DNA of 56,004 nucleotides, taken from NCBI GenBank assembly GCA_035574435.1, contig DATLYU010000016.1, positions 1 to 56,004 on the forward strand, given 5' to 3'. Of this stretch, positions 16,721-26,711 are shown piece after piece. The translations under genes and the position numbers were made by a program. The stretch is from Gaiellaceae bacterium (GTDB taxonomy: Bacteria; Actinomycetota; Thermoleophilia; Gaiellales; Gaiellaceae). Positions within the stretch are counted from its first letter, which is position 1. Each line of letters starts with the position of its first letter. A model generated the notes under the pieces. That model searched no databases and was not told where the DNA came from. It saw only the letters and a program-made list of their open reading frames with translations.

Positions 16721-17641
16721 GTGGCCGAGTACGGGACGCTGCGGGTCAAGACCGGGCTCGCGGAGATGCTGAAGGGCGGCGTCATCATGGACGTCGTCGA
16801 CGCCGAGCAGGCGCGCATCGCCGAGGAGGCCGGCGCCTGCGCGGTCATGGCGCTCGAGCGCGTGCCCGCGGACATCCGCAAGGAGGGCGGCGTGGCGCGG
16901 ATGGCCGACCCGCTCAAGATCAAGGAGATCCAGGAGGCCGTCTCCATCCCCGTGATGGCGAAGTGCCGCATCGGGCACTTCGCGGAGGCGCAGATCCTGG
17001 AGGCGCTCGAGGTGGACTACATCGACGAGTCCGAGGTCCTGACGCCCGCCGACCTCGAGCACCACGTGGACAAGTGGCGGTTCACCGTCCCCTTCGTGTG
17101 TGGCGCGACCAATCTCGGCGAGGCGCTGCGCCGGATTGCCGAGGGCGCGGCCATGATCCGCACGAAGGGCGAGGCGGGCACCGGCGACATCGTCAACGCC
17201 GTCACGCACATGCGCGCCGTGTTCGGGGAGATCCGCCGCCTCCAGTCGCTGCGCGAGGACGAGCTGTACGCCGCCGCGAAGGAGCACCGCGCCCCGGTCG
17301 AGCTCGTGCGCTGGGTGGCGGAGCACGGCCGCCTGCCCGTGGTCACCTTCACCGCCGGCGGCATCGCGACGCCCGCAGACGCCTCGCTCTGCATGCAGCT
17401 CGGCGCGGACGGCGTCTTCGTCGGCTCCGGCATCTTCAAGTCGGGTCGCGACCCGCTCGGGGACCACGAGGGGTGGGTGGAGGACGTCTCCCGGCGCGCC
17501 CGGGCGATCGTCGAGGCGACGACCCACTACGCGGACGCGAGCGTGCTCGCCGAGGTCTCGACCGGCCTCGGCCAGCCGATGGTAGGCATCGCCGCGAGCT
17601 CGCTGCCGGAGGCGGAGCGGCTCGAAGTCCGCGGCTGGTAG
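16721..17641 (+). CDS. pdxS: pyridoxal 5'-phosphate synthase, lyase subunit PdxS
   Basis: Near-canonical PdxS sequence ([11 protein letters not shown]…AEEAGA…MAKCRIGH…[10 protein letters not shown]…[10 protein letters not shown]…GGIATPADA…GSGIFKS). Confidence 0.95.
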   Translation: MAEYGTLRVKTGLAEMLKGGVIMDVVDAEQARIAEEAGACAVMALERVPADIRKEGGVARMADPLKIKEIQEAVSIPVMAKCRIGHFAEAQILEALEVDYIDESEVLTPADLEHHVDKWRFTVPFVCGATNLGEALRRIAEGAAMIRTKGEAGTGDIVNAVTHMRAVFGEIRRLQSLREDELYAAAKEHRAPVELVRWVAEHGRLPVVTFTAGGIATPADASLCMQLGADGVFVGSGIFKSGRDPLGDHEGWVEDVSRRARAIVEATTHYADASVLAEVSTGLGQPMVGIAASSLPEAERLEVRGW

Positions 17642-17651
17642 CCCCACCGGG

Positions 17652-18221
17652 ATGGGCCGGCCGCGCATCGGGGTGCTCGCCCTGCAGGGCGCCTTCCGCG
17701 AGCACGCAAGCGCGCTCCGGCGCCTGGGAGCGGAGGTCGTCGAGGTCCGGGTACCCGAGCAGCTCGAGGGCCTGGACGGGCTGGTGCTGCCGGGCGGCGA
17801 GTCGACCACGATCATGCGCCTCGCCCGCGAGTACGGCCTGGACGAGGCCATCCGCCGCTTCAGGGGCGCCGTCCTCGGCACGTGCGCGGGCATGATCGTC
17901 CTCGACCGCGACCACCTCGACCTCGCCGATCTCGTCGTGGAGCGGAACGCGTACGGGCGGCAGGTGCACAGCTTCGAGGGCGACGTCCAGCTGGCGGGCG
18001 AGGAGCGGCCGCTGCGGGGCGTCTTCATCCGCGCCCCGCGCGTGCGGGAGCTCGGCCCCGGCGTGGAGGTGCTCGGCGAGCTCGACGGCGAGCCCGTCCT
18101 CGTGCGCGACGGCCGCTTCCTGCTCGCGACCTTCCACCCCGAGCTGACCGAGGATACGCGCGTCCACGAGCGCTTCCTGGAGCTCGTGCGCGAGTCGCGG
18201 CGGGAGGTGAGCGTCCGATAG
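17652..18221 (+). CDS. pdxT: pyridoxal 5'-phosphate synthase, glutaminase subunit PdxT
   Basis: [11 protein letters not shown], nucleophile GTCAGMI, and FHPE. Confidence 0.95.
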   Translation: MGRPRIGVLALQGAFREHASALRRLGAEVVEVRVPEQLEGLDGLVLPGGESTTIMRLAREYGLDEAIRRFRGAVLGTCAGMIVLDRDHLDLADLVVERNAYGRQVHSFEGDVQLAGEERPLRGVFIRAPRVRELGPGVEVLGELDGEPVLVRDGRFLLATFHPELTEDTRVHERFLELVRESRREVSVR

Positions 18222-18973
18222 CCGGCCACTCCAAGTGGGCGCAGATCAAGCACAAGAAGAAGGCGACCGACGCGAAGCGCGGGCAGCTGTTCTCCAAGCT
18301 CTCGCGCGCCATCATCGTCGCCGCGCGCGAGGGCGGGCCCGACCCCGCCGGCAACCTCGCCCTCCAGAACGCGATCGAGAAGGCGCGCTCCTACTCCATG
18401 CCCAAGGACAACATCGAGCGCGCCATCGCAAAGGGGGCGGGCGCGGGCGACGAGGGCTCCGGCTTCGAGACGGTCGTGTACGAGGGCTACGGCCCGGACG
18501 GCGTCGCTGTGCTCGTGGAGGCGCTGACCGACAACCGCAACCGCACCGCGTCCGAGGTGCGGCACCTCTTCTCCAAGCACGGCGGCAACCTGGGCACGAC
18601 GGGCGCCGTGGCGTGGCAGTTCGAGCGACGCGGGGTGGTCGTCGTCCCGGCCGAGGGCGTGGACGAGGACGAGCTCGTGCTCGTCGCCGCCGACGCGGGC
18701 GCGGACGACGTCGAGCGCGACGGCTCGAGCTACGCGGTGACGAGCGCGCCGGAGCTGCTCGCCGCGGTGCGCGGGGCGCTCGAGGAGGCCGGGTTCCCCG
18801 TCGACTCGGCGGAGCTCGCGATGGTCCCGAAGTCCACCGTCGCCGTCACCGACGAGTCGAGCGCGCGCCGGATCATGCGCCTCGTCGAGGAGCTCGAGGA
18901 CGCCGAGGACGTGCAGGGCGTGTACGCGAACTTCGACATCCCCGAGTCCGTCCTGGAAGCTGTAGCCTCCTAG
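18218..18973 (+). CDS. yebC: YebC/PmpR family DNA-binding transcriptional regulator; apparent ATA (AUA) start
   Basis: The family N-terminus (M)[13 protein letters not shown] begins at codon ATA 18218. SD GGAGGTG is at 18203-18209. There is no in-frame ATG/GTG/TTG for about 270 nt upstream. Confidence 0.85.
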   Translation: MAGHSKWAQIKHKKKATDAKRGQLFSKLSRAIIVAAREGGPDPAGNLALQNAIEKARSYSMPKDNIERAIAKGAGAGDEGSGFETVVYEGYGPDGVAVLVEALTDNRNRTASEVRHLFSKHGGNLGTTGAVAWQFERRGVVVVPAEGVDEDELVLVAADAGADDVERDGSSYAVTSAPELLAAVRGALEEAGFPVDSAELAMVPKSTVAVTDESSARRIMRLVEELEDAEDVQGVYANFDIPESVLEAVAS

Positions 18974-18978
18974 CCCGC

Positions 18979-20898
18979 GTGCCGAGCCTCGTCGCGAACC
19001 GGATCGAGTCGCTGCTCGCGGCTCGGCTCTTCGTCGAGCCCCAGCTCGCGGGCGAGCAGCTCGTCTTCGCCTCCAACCTCTCCGGCCACCTGAGCCTGTT
19101 CGCGATGAACGCGGGCGGGAGCGTGCCCGAGCCGCTCCTGCCGCCGCGGATCGCCCTCCAGAACCCCGAGCTCGTGGGCGGCTACCTCTTCCACGTGCTC
19201 CCCGAGCTCGGCCGGATCGTGGTCATGATCGACGCGGACGGGGACGAGAACTACGTTCCGTACACGATCCCCCTCGAGGGCGGCTTCCCCGAAGAGCTCG
19301 CCCCGGACGCGTTCGCCGGCCGCCGCTCGCACCTGGCCGACCTGGACGTGGAGCGGGCACTCGCGTACTTCGCCGTCGAGTCCCGGCAGGAGGCGCTGAT
19401 CAGCTGCGTGCGCGTCGACCTCGCCACGGGCGCGACGGAGATGCTCGCGAGCAGCCCGTACGGGGCCTTCGCCTCCGCCTGGACGCCCGACCACGCGCGC
19501 GTCGTGCTCGCCGACGGGTACACGGTCGGCGACGTCGTCCTGTACGAGCCGGACGGGGCGGGCGGGCGCCGGATCCTGTACGGGACGCCGATCGAGGAGC
19601 GGGCGCCGGGCGTCGAGGTGCCGCTCACGGGCTTCCGCTCCTCGCACGGCACGGCGAGCGGTGCGGGCGTCCTGCTCGTGACCACGCTCTTCGACGACGC
19701 CGGCTCGCTCGGCTACCTCGACCTCGCCGCGTCGGGCGAGGTGGTGCCCGTGGACGCGAGCGGGCTCGTGCACGAGGGGCAGGGGGAGCTCGAGCGCGTC
19801 CAGCACCTCGAAGGCGACCGCTTCGCGCTCCACTTCAACATCGACGGCTGCTCGTGGGCGTACGAGGGCCGCTTCGACGAGGGCGCGCGCGCATTCCGCG
19901 CCGAGCGCGTGCTCGTCGGGGAAGGAGAGCTCGCCGGCGGCGTCCTGCACGGGCTGCACTTCGATCCCGCGAGCGGGCGCTTCGCGCTCTCCTTCTGCAC
20001 GGCGACGAGCCCCACGCAGCTGTACGTGCTCGAGCCCGAGGCGGGCAGCGCGCCGCTCCGGCGCACGCGCGAGCGCGCGCTCGGGCTCCCGCCGAGCCTG
20101 CTCGCGCCCGGCGAGGACGCCTCCTTCGCCTCGCACGACGGCCTGCGCGTCTCGGCGCGGCTGTACCTGCCCGCGCCCGAGCTCGGCTTCGAGGGGCCGC
20201 GCCCGCTCGTCTACTACGTGCACGGCGGCCCGCAGAGCCAGGAGCGGCCCAACTTCGCCTGGTTCTCGATGCCGCTCATCCAGATCCTCACGTTGACGGG
20301 CTTCGCCGTCTTCGTCCCCAACGCCCGCGGCTCCACCGGGTACGGGCTCGCCTACGCCAAGCACGTCGACCGGGACTGGGGCGGCCAGGACCGGCTCGAC
20401 CACGTGCACGCGCTGACCGAGGTGCTGCCGCACGACCCGCGGCTGGACGTGGAGCGCGCGGGCGTGGTCGGCCGCTCCTACGGCGGCTACATGACGCTCA
20501 TGCTCGCCTCCCGCCACCCGGAGCTCTGGCGCGCGGCCGTGGACATGTTCGGGCCCTACGACCTGCTCACGTTCGGCGAGCGGATCCCGGAGACCTGGAA
20601 GCCGTACTTCGCGCTCTCGCTCGGCGACCCCGAGCGCGACCGCGACTTCCTCGTCGAGCGCTCGCCCCGCACCTCCATCGCCGACCTCTCGTGCCCGCTG
20701 CTCGTCATCCAGGGCCGGAACGACCCGCGCGTGGTCGAGCAGGAGTCGCGCGACCTGGTGGAGGAGCTGCGCGGGCTCGGGCGCGAGGTCGAGTACCTCG
20801 TCTTCGAGGACGAGGGGCACGACGTGCTCAAGCTGCAGAACCGCGTGCGCTGCTACGAGGCCATCGTCGGCTTCTTCGAGCGGCACCTGCGCCCGTAG
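18979..20898 (+). CDS. S9 family serine peptidase (prolyl oligopeptidase / acylaminoacyl-peptidase type)
   Basis: N-terminal beta-propeller-like region. Catalytic triad context GRSYGGY (Ser), QGRNDPRV (Asp), EDEGHDV (His). GTG start at 18979. Confidence 0.85.
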   Translation: MPSLVANRIESLLAARLFVEPQLAGEQLVFASNLSGHLSLFAMNAGGSVPEPLLPPRIALQNPELVGGYLFHVLPELGRIVVMIDADGDENYVPYTIPLEGGFPEELAPDAFAGRRSHLADLDVERALAYFAVESRQEALISCVRVDLATGATEMLASSPYGAFASAWTPDHARVVLADGYTVGDVVLYEPDGAGGRRILYGTPIEERAPGVEVPLTGFRSSHGTASGAGVLLVTTLFDDAGSLGYLDLAASGEVVPVDASGLVHEGQGELERVQHLEGDRFALHFNIDGCSWAYEGRFDEGARAFRAERVLVGEGELAGGVLHGLHFDPASGRFALSFCTATSPTQLYVLEPEAGSAPLRRTRERALGLPPSLLAPGEDASFASHDGLRVSARLYLPAPELGFEGPRPLVYYVHGGPQSQERPNFAWFSMPLIQILTLTGFAVFVPNARGSTGYGLAYAKHVDRDWGGQDRLDHVHALTEVLPHDPRLDVERAGVVGRSYGGYMTLMLASRHPELWRAAVDMFGPYDLLTFGERIPETWKPYFALSLGDPERDRDFLVERSPRTSIADLSCPLLVIQGRNDPRVVEQESRDLVEELRGLGREVEYLVFEDEGHDVLKLQNRVRCYEAIVGFFERHLRP

Positions 20899-20902
20899 GC
20901 GC

Positions 20903-21448
20903 TCACGGCGCCACCGTCGCGCAGATCGCGTGCACCTCGAGCTTCCAGGCCGCCCCGGTGGCGACGGCCTCGAAGGCCTCGGCCTCCCACGCGGCGTCGC
21001 CCGCCGGCTGGTTCTCGGTCACGGTCACGCGGCCGCGGCCCGGGCCTCCGACCTCGATGCCGCCGCCGACGACCTTCTTCCCCGCCGGACAGCTCGCGCT
21101 GATCGCCTTCGGGCTCACCGACGTGGTCGCCGTCTCGGCCGCCACCTCCTCGCGCCCGCTCAGGCCGGGCGCGCCCTGCGGGCCCTGCGGGCCGATCGGC
21201 CCGCGCGGGAGCTGGCCGGGCGCGAAGTCCACCCGGCGCAGCGAGCGGTTGCGGACGTCGGCGGAGGTGACCGCGCCGTCCGCGATCTTCGCGCTCGTCA
21301 CCGCGCCCTGCCGGAGGTGCACGGTGCCGACGCTGCCGCGCGGCACCGTCTCGATCGCGGCCACGCCCGTCCCGCCCAGGGCGGCGAGCAGCGCGACGGA
21401 GGCGACGACGGTGGCGGGGGAGGGGCGCTTGCGCAGGACACGAACCAT
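20903..21448 (-). CDS. secreted protein with a short collagen-like (G-x-y) repeat
   Basis: SD gaggagg, signal/TM segment VVASVALLAALGGTGVAA, then PRGPIGPQGPQGAPGLSG and a Cys-containing C-terminal domain. The rest of the 734-aa ORF in the track is antisense shadow of ruvCAB. Confidence 0.65.
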   Translation of the reverse strand: MVRVLRKRPSPATVVASVALLAALGGTGVAAIETVPRGSVGTVHLRQGAVTSAKIADGAVTSADVRNRSLRRVDFAPGQLPRGPIGPQGPQGAPGLSGREEVAAETATTSVSPKAISASCPAGKKVVGGGIEVGGPGRGRVTVTENQPAGDAAWEAEAFEAVATGAAWKLEVHAICATVAP

Positions 21449-21520
21449 GAGAGCCTCCTCTCGGTCGCTCGTTCGCAGGCGACGGTAGCGGCCGGGAAGG
21501 GGAACGTCCGGGACCCCGAA

Positions 21521-21526
21521 TACCTT
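21521..21526 (+). promoter_or_regulatory. -10-like TACCTT, 6 nt before the ruvC GTG
   Basis: TACCTT-ctttac-GTG(21533). Confidence 0.4.
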
Positions 21527-21532
21527 CTTTAC

Positions 21533-22021
21533 GTGAGAGTCCTCGGCATCGACCCAGGGACGGCTGCGTGCGGGTACGGGATCGTCCACGAAAGCGACGG
21601 GCGCCTCCGGCAGGTTGCTTCCGGGCAGTGGCGGACGGCCGCGCGTACGCCCCTCCACGAGCGCCTGCTCACGATCTTCACCGAGGTGCAACGACTCATC
21701 GCCGACTTCGAGCCGGACGCCGTCGCCCTGGAGGAGTCCTACGTGGGAGCCGACGCCCGCATCGCGCTCTCCGTCGGGCAGGCGCGCGGCGCCGTGCTCG
21801 TCGCGGCCGCGTCGGCCGGGGTCGCCTGCGCCGAGTACGCGCCCGCCCGGGTGAAGCAGACGCTGTGCGGGTACGGCCGCGCGGAGAAGCAGCAGATGCA
21901 GCGCATGGTCCGGATCGTGCTCGGGCTCGACGCCGAGCCCCGCTCCTCCCACGAGGCCGACGCGCTCGCGGTCGCGATCTGCCACGCGCTCGCGCCGCCC
22001 CTGCTCGAGGTGGCCGGGTGA
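21533..22021 (+). CDS. ruvC: crossover junction endodeoxyribonuclease RuvC
   Basis: [14 protein letters not shown]…EESYVG…[14 protein letters not shown]…[13 protein letters not shown]. Confidence 0.95.
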   Translation: MRVLGIDPGTAACGYGIVHESDGRLRQVASGQWRTAARTPLHERLLTIFTEVQRLIADFEPDAVALEESYVGADARIALSVGQARGAVLVAAASAGVACAEYAPARVKQTLCGYGRAEKQQMQRMVRIVLGLDAEPRSSHEADALAVAICHALAPPLLEVAG

Positions 22022-22584
22022 TCTCCCGGCTGCGCGGCGTCCCCGCCGGACGGACGGCGGAGGGGCTCGTCCTCGACGTGGGGGGCGTCGGGTACCTGCT
22101 GCACGTGACGCCGCGCGCGCTCCGCCGTGCCGAGAGCACGGCCGAGGTGGCGCTGGAGACGTACCTGCACGTGCGCGAGGACACCCTCCAGCTGTTCGGC
22201 TTCGCCGACGCTGCCGAGCGCGAGCTCTTCCTGCGGCTGCTCGCGGTGAACGGCGTCGGCCCCAAGGTCGCGCTCGCCGTGGTCGGGAGCGGCGCCCCCT
22301 CCGAGCTCTGGCAGGCGATCGCCGCCGGCGACCCCGCGCGCTTCCAGGCCATCCCCGGGATCGGCAAGAAGACCGCGGAGCGGATCGTGCTCGAGCTGAA
22401 GGGCTCGCTCGCGGACGCGCTCGCGCCCGTGCCCGGCGAGCCCGCGTCCGGCGACGCGGTCGCGCGCGAGGCGCTCGTCGAGCTCGGCTTCTCGGCGGTC
22501 GAGGCCGAGCGCGCCCTCGCCGCCGTGGATCCGACGCTGCCGCCCGAGGAGCGCGTGCGCGAGGCGCTGCGGAGGGCGGCGTGA
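22018..22584 (+). CDS. ruvA: Holliday junction branch migration complex subunit RuvA
   Basis: GTGA overlap with ruvC. GVGYLLHV…LFGF…[21 protein letters not shown]…[17 protein letters not shown]. Confidence 0.95.
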   Translation: MISRLRGVPAGRTAEGLVLDVGGVGYLLHVTPRALRRAESTAEVALETYLHVREDTLQLFGFADAAERELFLRLLAVNGVGPKVALAVVGSGAPSELWQAIAAGDPARFQAIPGIGKKTAERIVLELKGSLADALAPVPGEPASGDAVAREALVELGFSAVEAERALAAVDPTLPPEERVREALRRAA

Positions 22585-23600
22585 GCGCCTCGCCCTTCCT
22601 CGCGCCGGCCCTCCAGGAGGGCGACGAGGAGGTCGAGAGCTCGCTCCGTCCTCGCCGGCTGGACGAGTTCGTCGGCCAGGAGCGGACGAAGGAGCAGCTC
22701 CGGATCGCGCTCGAGGCCGCACGCGCGCGCGGCGACGCGCTCGACCACGTGCTGCTCGTCGGCCCGCCCGGTCTCGGGAAGACGACGCTGGCGACGATCG
22801 TGCGCGAGGAGCTCGGCGTCGGGTTGCGCACGGTGGCCGGGCCGGCGCTCGAGCGAAAGGGCGACATGGCCGCGATCCTCACGGGCCTCGAGCCCCGGGA
22901 CGTCCTCTTCGTGGACGAGATCCACCGGGTGAACCGCGCGATCGAGGAGATCCTGTACCCGGCGCTCGAGGACTTCCGGCTCGACATCGTGGTCGGCCAG
23001 GGCGCCGGGGCGCGGACGCTCACGCTCGACCTCCCGCCCTTCACGCTCGTCGGCGCCACGACCCGCACCGGCCTCCTCACGACGCCGCTGCGCGACCGCT
23101 TCGGCATGACCTTCCGTCTCGGCTACTACGAGTCGCAGGAGCTCGGCTCCATCGTCCGCCGCTCCGCGCGCATCCTGGGCGTCGAGATCGCGCCGGAGGC
23201 GGCGGACGAGGTCGCGCGGCGGGCGCGCGGGACGCCGCGGGTCGCGAACCGGATCCTGCGCCGCATCCGCGACGTGGCCGAGGTGCGACACGAGGGCGTG
23301 ATCACGCTCCCGGTCGCCCGCGAGGCGCTCGAGCTGCTCGAGGTGGACGAGGTGGGCCTCGAGCGCACCGACCGCGAGCTGCTGGGCGCGATCGCGTTCA
23401 AGTTCGGCGGCGGCCCGGTCGGGCTGTCCACGCTCGCGGTCTCGCTGGGCGAGGAGCCGGACACGATCGAGGACGTGTACGAGCCCTTCCTGCTCCAGCT
23501 CGGCTTCCTGCAGCGCACGCCCCGCGGGCGGGTGCTCACCGCGCTCGGGCGGGAGCACCTGGGCGCTCCCGAGGGGGCCGGCCAGGACGGCCTCTTCTGA
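22581..23600 (+). CDS. ruvB: Holliday junction DNA helicase RuvB
   Basis: [13 protein letters not shown], Walker [12 protein letters not shown], Walker B LFVDEIHR, and [12 protein letters not shown]. Confidence 0.97.
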   Translation: MSASPFLAPALQEGDEEVESSLRPRRLDEFVGQERTKEQLRIALEAARARGDALDHVLLVGPPGLGKTTLATIVREELGVGLRTVAGPALERKGDMAAILTGLEPRDVLFVDEIHRVNRAIEEILYPALEDFRLDIVVGQGAGARTLTLDLPPFTLVGATTRTGLLTTPLRDRFGMTFRLGYYESQELGSIVRRSARILGVEIAPEAADEVARRARGTPRVANRILRRIRDVAEVRHEGVITLPVAREALELLEVDEVGLERTDRELLGAIAFKFGGGPVGLSTLAVSLGEEPDTIEDVYEPFLLQLGFLQRTPRGRVLTALGREHLGAPEGAGQDGLF

Positions 23601-23917
23601 TGTCCGGCCATCTGTGGACGCCGGGCGCGGCCGGCCCGCTGGACGAGTTCGTGGCCCGGATCGGCCGCATGGTCGCGGCGTTCGCGCAGGAGCACGGCCT
23701 CGAGCAGGCGGAGGTGCGGATCGAGCTCCTGGACGGCTCGCGGCACCTGGTCGCGGCGGCGATGCCCGAGCCGGGCTTCGGGTTCTTCTCCTTCGCGCCC
23801 CACCGTGCGGCGGGCGAGGAGCCGCGGCGCGTCGTCGTGCCGATCGGGGCGGTGCGCAGCATCGAGATCTCGCCGCCCGATCCCGAGCGGCCGTTCGGCT
23901 TCTCCGTCGCGGCGTAG
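23600..23917 (+). CDS. hypothetical protein coupled to ruvB
   Basis: ATGA overlap with the ruvB stop. 105 aa, balanced composition. Confidence 0.5.
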   Translation: MSGHLWTPGAAGPLDEFVARIGRMVAAFAQEHGLEQAEVRIELLDGSRHLVAAAMPEPGFGFFSFAPHRAAGEEPRRVVVPIGAVRSIEISPPDPERPFGFSVAA

Positions 23918-23929
23918 GCCGCCGGCTCC

Positions 23930-24385
23930 TCAGGCGCGGTACTGGTGCTCGTGCCAGGAGGGCACGGGCGCGAGCTCGAGCAGCGCGCGGCCGCCGTCCG
24001 GCTCCGCGTAGCCGAAGTCGCCGGTGTCGTCCTCGAAGCTCACGTCCAGGAGGCCCTCCTTGACGCGGTGGTCGAGCCAGGCCCCGCGGAAGACGAGCTT
24101 GCGCAGCCAGTACACGAGCGACTCGCCGTTCACGAGCGCGAGCGCCTCCCAGTGGCGCACGAGGTAGAGGCCGAGCCCGCTGCGGGGCTCCACGATCCGA
24201 CCGTCCGCGGCGAGCTCGACGAGGTCGGCCTGCTCCGCCTCGTCCACCTCGTTGGTCGCCAGCAGCCCGAGCTTCACCGCCGCGGCGGTCACGCGCTCGC
24301 CGAAGTCGTCGGCGTTGAACTCGAACCGGTGGCCGAGGAACTCGACCACGAAGTCGTCGCCGGAGCGGTAGTTCGCCGCGAGCAT
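23930..24385 (-). CDS. hypothetical protein
   Basis: 151 aa, acidic and aromatic-rich, not shadow-like in composition (…VVEFLGHRFEFNADDFGERV…YWLRKLVFRGAWLDHRVKEGLLDVSFEDD…). Confidence 0.55.
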   Translation of the reverse strand: MLAANYRSGDDFVVEFLGHRFEFNADDFGERVTAAAVKLGLLATNEVDEAEQADLVELAADGRIVEPRSGLGLYLVRHWEALALVNGESLVYWLRKLVFRGAWLDHRVKEGLLDVSFEDDTGDFGYAEPDGGRALLELAPVPSWHEHQYRA

Positions 24386-24414
24386 CCCTTCCCAGCGTAT
24401 CTAGGCTTCAGGCC

Positions 24415-24624
24415 GTGTCCGGGTGGAGGCTGTGGGCGCTGGCGAGCGCCGCCGTGCTCGCGGTCTGGCTCGTCGGCGCCGCCGTGACGAAGTACTCGCT
24501 CGAGCAGATGGCGCTCCTCACCCCGATCGCCGTCCTCGTCGTCGGCGCCACGGTGGGCATCGTCCTGCTCTGGGTGAAGGTGGTGCTCGACTCGCTGCGC
24601 CGCCGCCGCGGCACGGCTCCGTAG
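24415..24624 (+). CDS. small two-TM membrane protein
   Basis: TAGGCT sits 7 nt before GTG 24415. Two hydrophobic helices plus a basic tail (RRRRGTAP). Confidence 0.5.
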   Translation: MSGWRLWALASAAVLAVWLVGAAVTKYSLEQMALLTPIAVLVVGATVGIVLLWVKVVLDSLRRRRGTAP

Positions 24625-24666
24625 CCGCGGGGAGGGCCGTCCGGAGCGCTCCGTACCGTCTCCCGC

Positions 24667-26544
24667 GTGACGGGGACGTGGCGCATCGCGAGCTGCGGGC
24701 GGGACGACGTGGAACGCCTCGCGGCCGCGCTCGGGGTCTCCGAGGTGACCGCGTCGGTGCTCGTGCGCCGCGGCTACGCCGAGCCGGAGGAGGCGCGCAG
24801 GTTCCTGGCCGCCGAGCCGCCCGGGCACGACCCCCTCCTGCTCGGGGACATGGCCGTGGCCGTCGAGCGGCTCCGCGCGGCGGTGGCCGCGGGCGCGCGG
24901 ATCTGCGTCCACGGCGACTACGACGTGGACGGCATCTGCGCGACCGCGCTCGCCGTGCTCCTGCTGCGCGAGCTCGGCGCGGACGCCTCCTGGCACCTGC
25001 CGAGCCGGTTCGAGGAAGGCTACGGCGTCTCCAGCGAGACGCTCGGCCGCCTCGCCGAGGACGGCGTCTCGCTCGTCCTCACCGTGGACTGCGGGATCAC
25101 GGCGGTCGCGGAGGTGGCCGAGGCGAGAGCGCTCGGCCTGGAGGTCGTCGTCACCGACCACCACCGGCCCGGCGACACCCTCCCCGACTGCCCTGTCGTG
25201 GCCACGCGCCCGTCGCCGTATCCCTTCCCCGAGCTGTGCGGCACGGGGGTCGTGTACAAGCTGGGGGAGGCGCTGCTCGGCGCGGAGCACCCGGCGCTCC
25301 GGCGCCACCTCGACCTGGTCGCGCTGGCCACCATCGCCGACGTCGTCCCGCTCGTGGACGAGAACCGCGCGCTCGCGACCGCCGGGCTGCGCGCGCTGGC
25401 CACGACCCGGCGCCCGGGCCTGCAGGCGCTCCTGCGCAGCGCGCGCGTGGACGCGGCGGCGGCGGACGCCGGCGCGGTCGCCTTCCGGCTCGCGCCGCGC
25501 ATCAACGCCGCCGGGCGGCTCTGCCGCCCGGACGTCGCGCTGGAGCTCATCCTCACCGAGGACGCCGCCGAGGCCGACCGCCTGGCCCGCGAGCTCGAGG
25601 AGCTGAACCGGGAGCGGCAGGCGGTCGAGGACCGCATCCTGCGCGAGGCGGTGGCCCTCGTGGACGGGCTGCCGCCGCGGACGCGTGCCCGACGCGGCTA
25701 CGTGCTCTGGCAGGAGGGCTGGCACGAGGGCGTCATCGGGATCGTCGCCTCCCGCCTGGTCGAGCGCTTCCACCGCCCGGTCGTGCTCGTCGCGGGGGAG
25801 GGCGAGCGCTGGAAGGGCTCGGGCCGCTCCATCCCCGCGTTCGACCTGCACGGGGCGCTCGCGGCCTGCTCCGCACACCTCGAGCGCTACGGAGGCCACC
25901 GGGCAGCGGCGGGGCTCTCCGTCGACCCGGAGCGCCTGCCCGCCTTCGCGGACGCGTTCGCCGCCCATGCCGACGCCGCGCTCTCCGACGACGATCTGCG
26001 CCCGGTGACGGTGGTGGACGCGGTCGTCTCGGCGGAGGACCTCACCCTCGGGCTGGCGCAGGAGCTCGAGCGGCTCGCCCCCTTCGGGCTCGGGAACCCG
26101 GACGTGACCCTTCTCCTGCCCGGCTGCCGGGCCGCGGAGCCCGCGCTCGTCGGGGACGGCAAGCACCTGCGCTTCCGCGTCCGGCAGGGCGCGCGCGATG
26201 CCGGCTCGGCGATCGCGTTCGGGCTCGCCGGTCAGCTCGACCGCGTGCGCACGGGCGAGCTCCTGGACGTCGCCTTCCGCCTGAAGGAGAACCAGTGGAA
26301 CGGCACGGTCGCGGCGCAGCTCGTCGTGCGCCGGCTCTTCGACACCCCGGCGGGCTACGAGGAGCTGCGGACGCGCCTGGCCGAGCTCTGGCGCGCGGGG
26401 CCGGCGGCCTGGTCGGCGACGGAGCGCCGCATCTTCGGCGAGCTGGGGCTGCCCGAGGCGGACGGCGGCCGCCGGCGCGCGTTGCTCGAATCGGAGACGT
26501 TTCGTGAACTGCTCGGGCAGGACGCGCTGCCGCGCGCGGCGTGA
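24667..26544 (+). CDS. recJ: single-stranded-DNA-specific exonuclease RecJ
   Basis: DHH family motifs (VHGDYDVDG, TVDCGI, VVVTDHH) and DHHA1 (GGHRAAAG). Confidence 0.93.
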   Translation: MTGTWRIASCGRDDVERLAAALGVSEVTASVLVRRGYAEPEEARRFLAAEPPGHDPLLLGDMAVAVERLRAAVAAGARICVHGDYDVDGICATALAVLLLRELGADASWHLPSRFEEGYGVSSETLGRLAEDGVSLVLTVDCGITAVAEVAEARALGLEVVVTDHHRPGDTLPDCPVVATRPSPYPFPELCGTGVVYKLGEALLGAEHPALRRHLDLVALATIADVVPLVDENRALATAGLRALATTRRPGLQALLRSARVDAAAADAGAVAFRLAPRINAAGRLCRPDVALELILTEDAAEADRLARELEELNRERQAVEDRILREAVALVDGLPPRTRARRGYVLWQEGWHEGVIGIVASRLVERFHRPVVLVAGEGERWKGSGRSIPAFDLHGALAACSAHLERYGGHRAAAGLSVDPERLPAFADAFAAHADAALSDDDLRPVTVVDAVVSAEDLTLGLAQELERLAPFGLGNPDVTLLLPGCRAAEPALVGDGKHLRFRVRQGARDAGSAIAFGLAGQLDRVRTGELLDVAFRLKENQWNGTVAAQLVVRRLFDTPAGYEELRTRLAELWRAGPAAWSATERRIFGELGLPEADGGRRRALLESETFRELLGQDALPRAA

Positions 26545-26699
26545 GTCAGGCGGTGGGGAGGAGAGCGTCCCGCATCGCGACCGCGAGGCGGCGGGCGAGA
26601 CGCTGACGGAGCCAGTGACGGAGCCTGCGCACGGGACCTCCGGTTTCGACGGCCCGGGCGCCGCTCCTGCCGCGAGGCGGGGGGCGCGGAGGAGCGAAG

Positions 26700-26705
26700 T
26701 ACACT
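26700..26705 (+). promoter_or_regulatory. -10-like TACACT, 6 nt before the rel ATG
   Basis: TACACT-gagccg-ATG(26712). Confidence 0.4.
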
Positions 26706-26711
26706 GAGCCG

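Noticed and set aside
20903-23107. 734-aa minus-strand ORF covering ruvC, ruvA and ruvB.
   Set aside because: Only the last 546 nt (20903-21448) have an SD, a signal peptide and sensible composition. The upstream part is Arg/Pro/Ala-rich and lies antisense to three unmistakable ruv genes.
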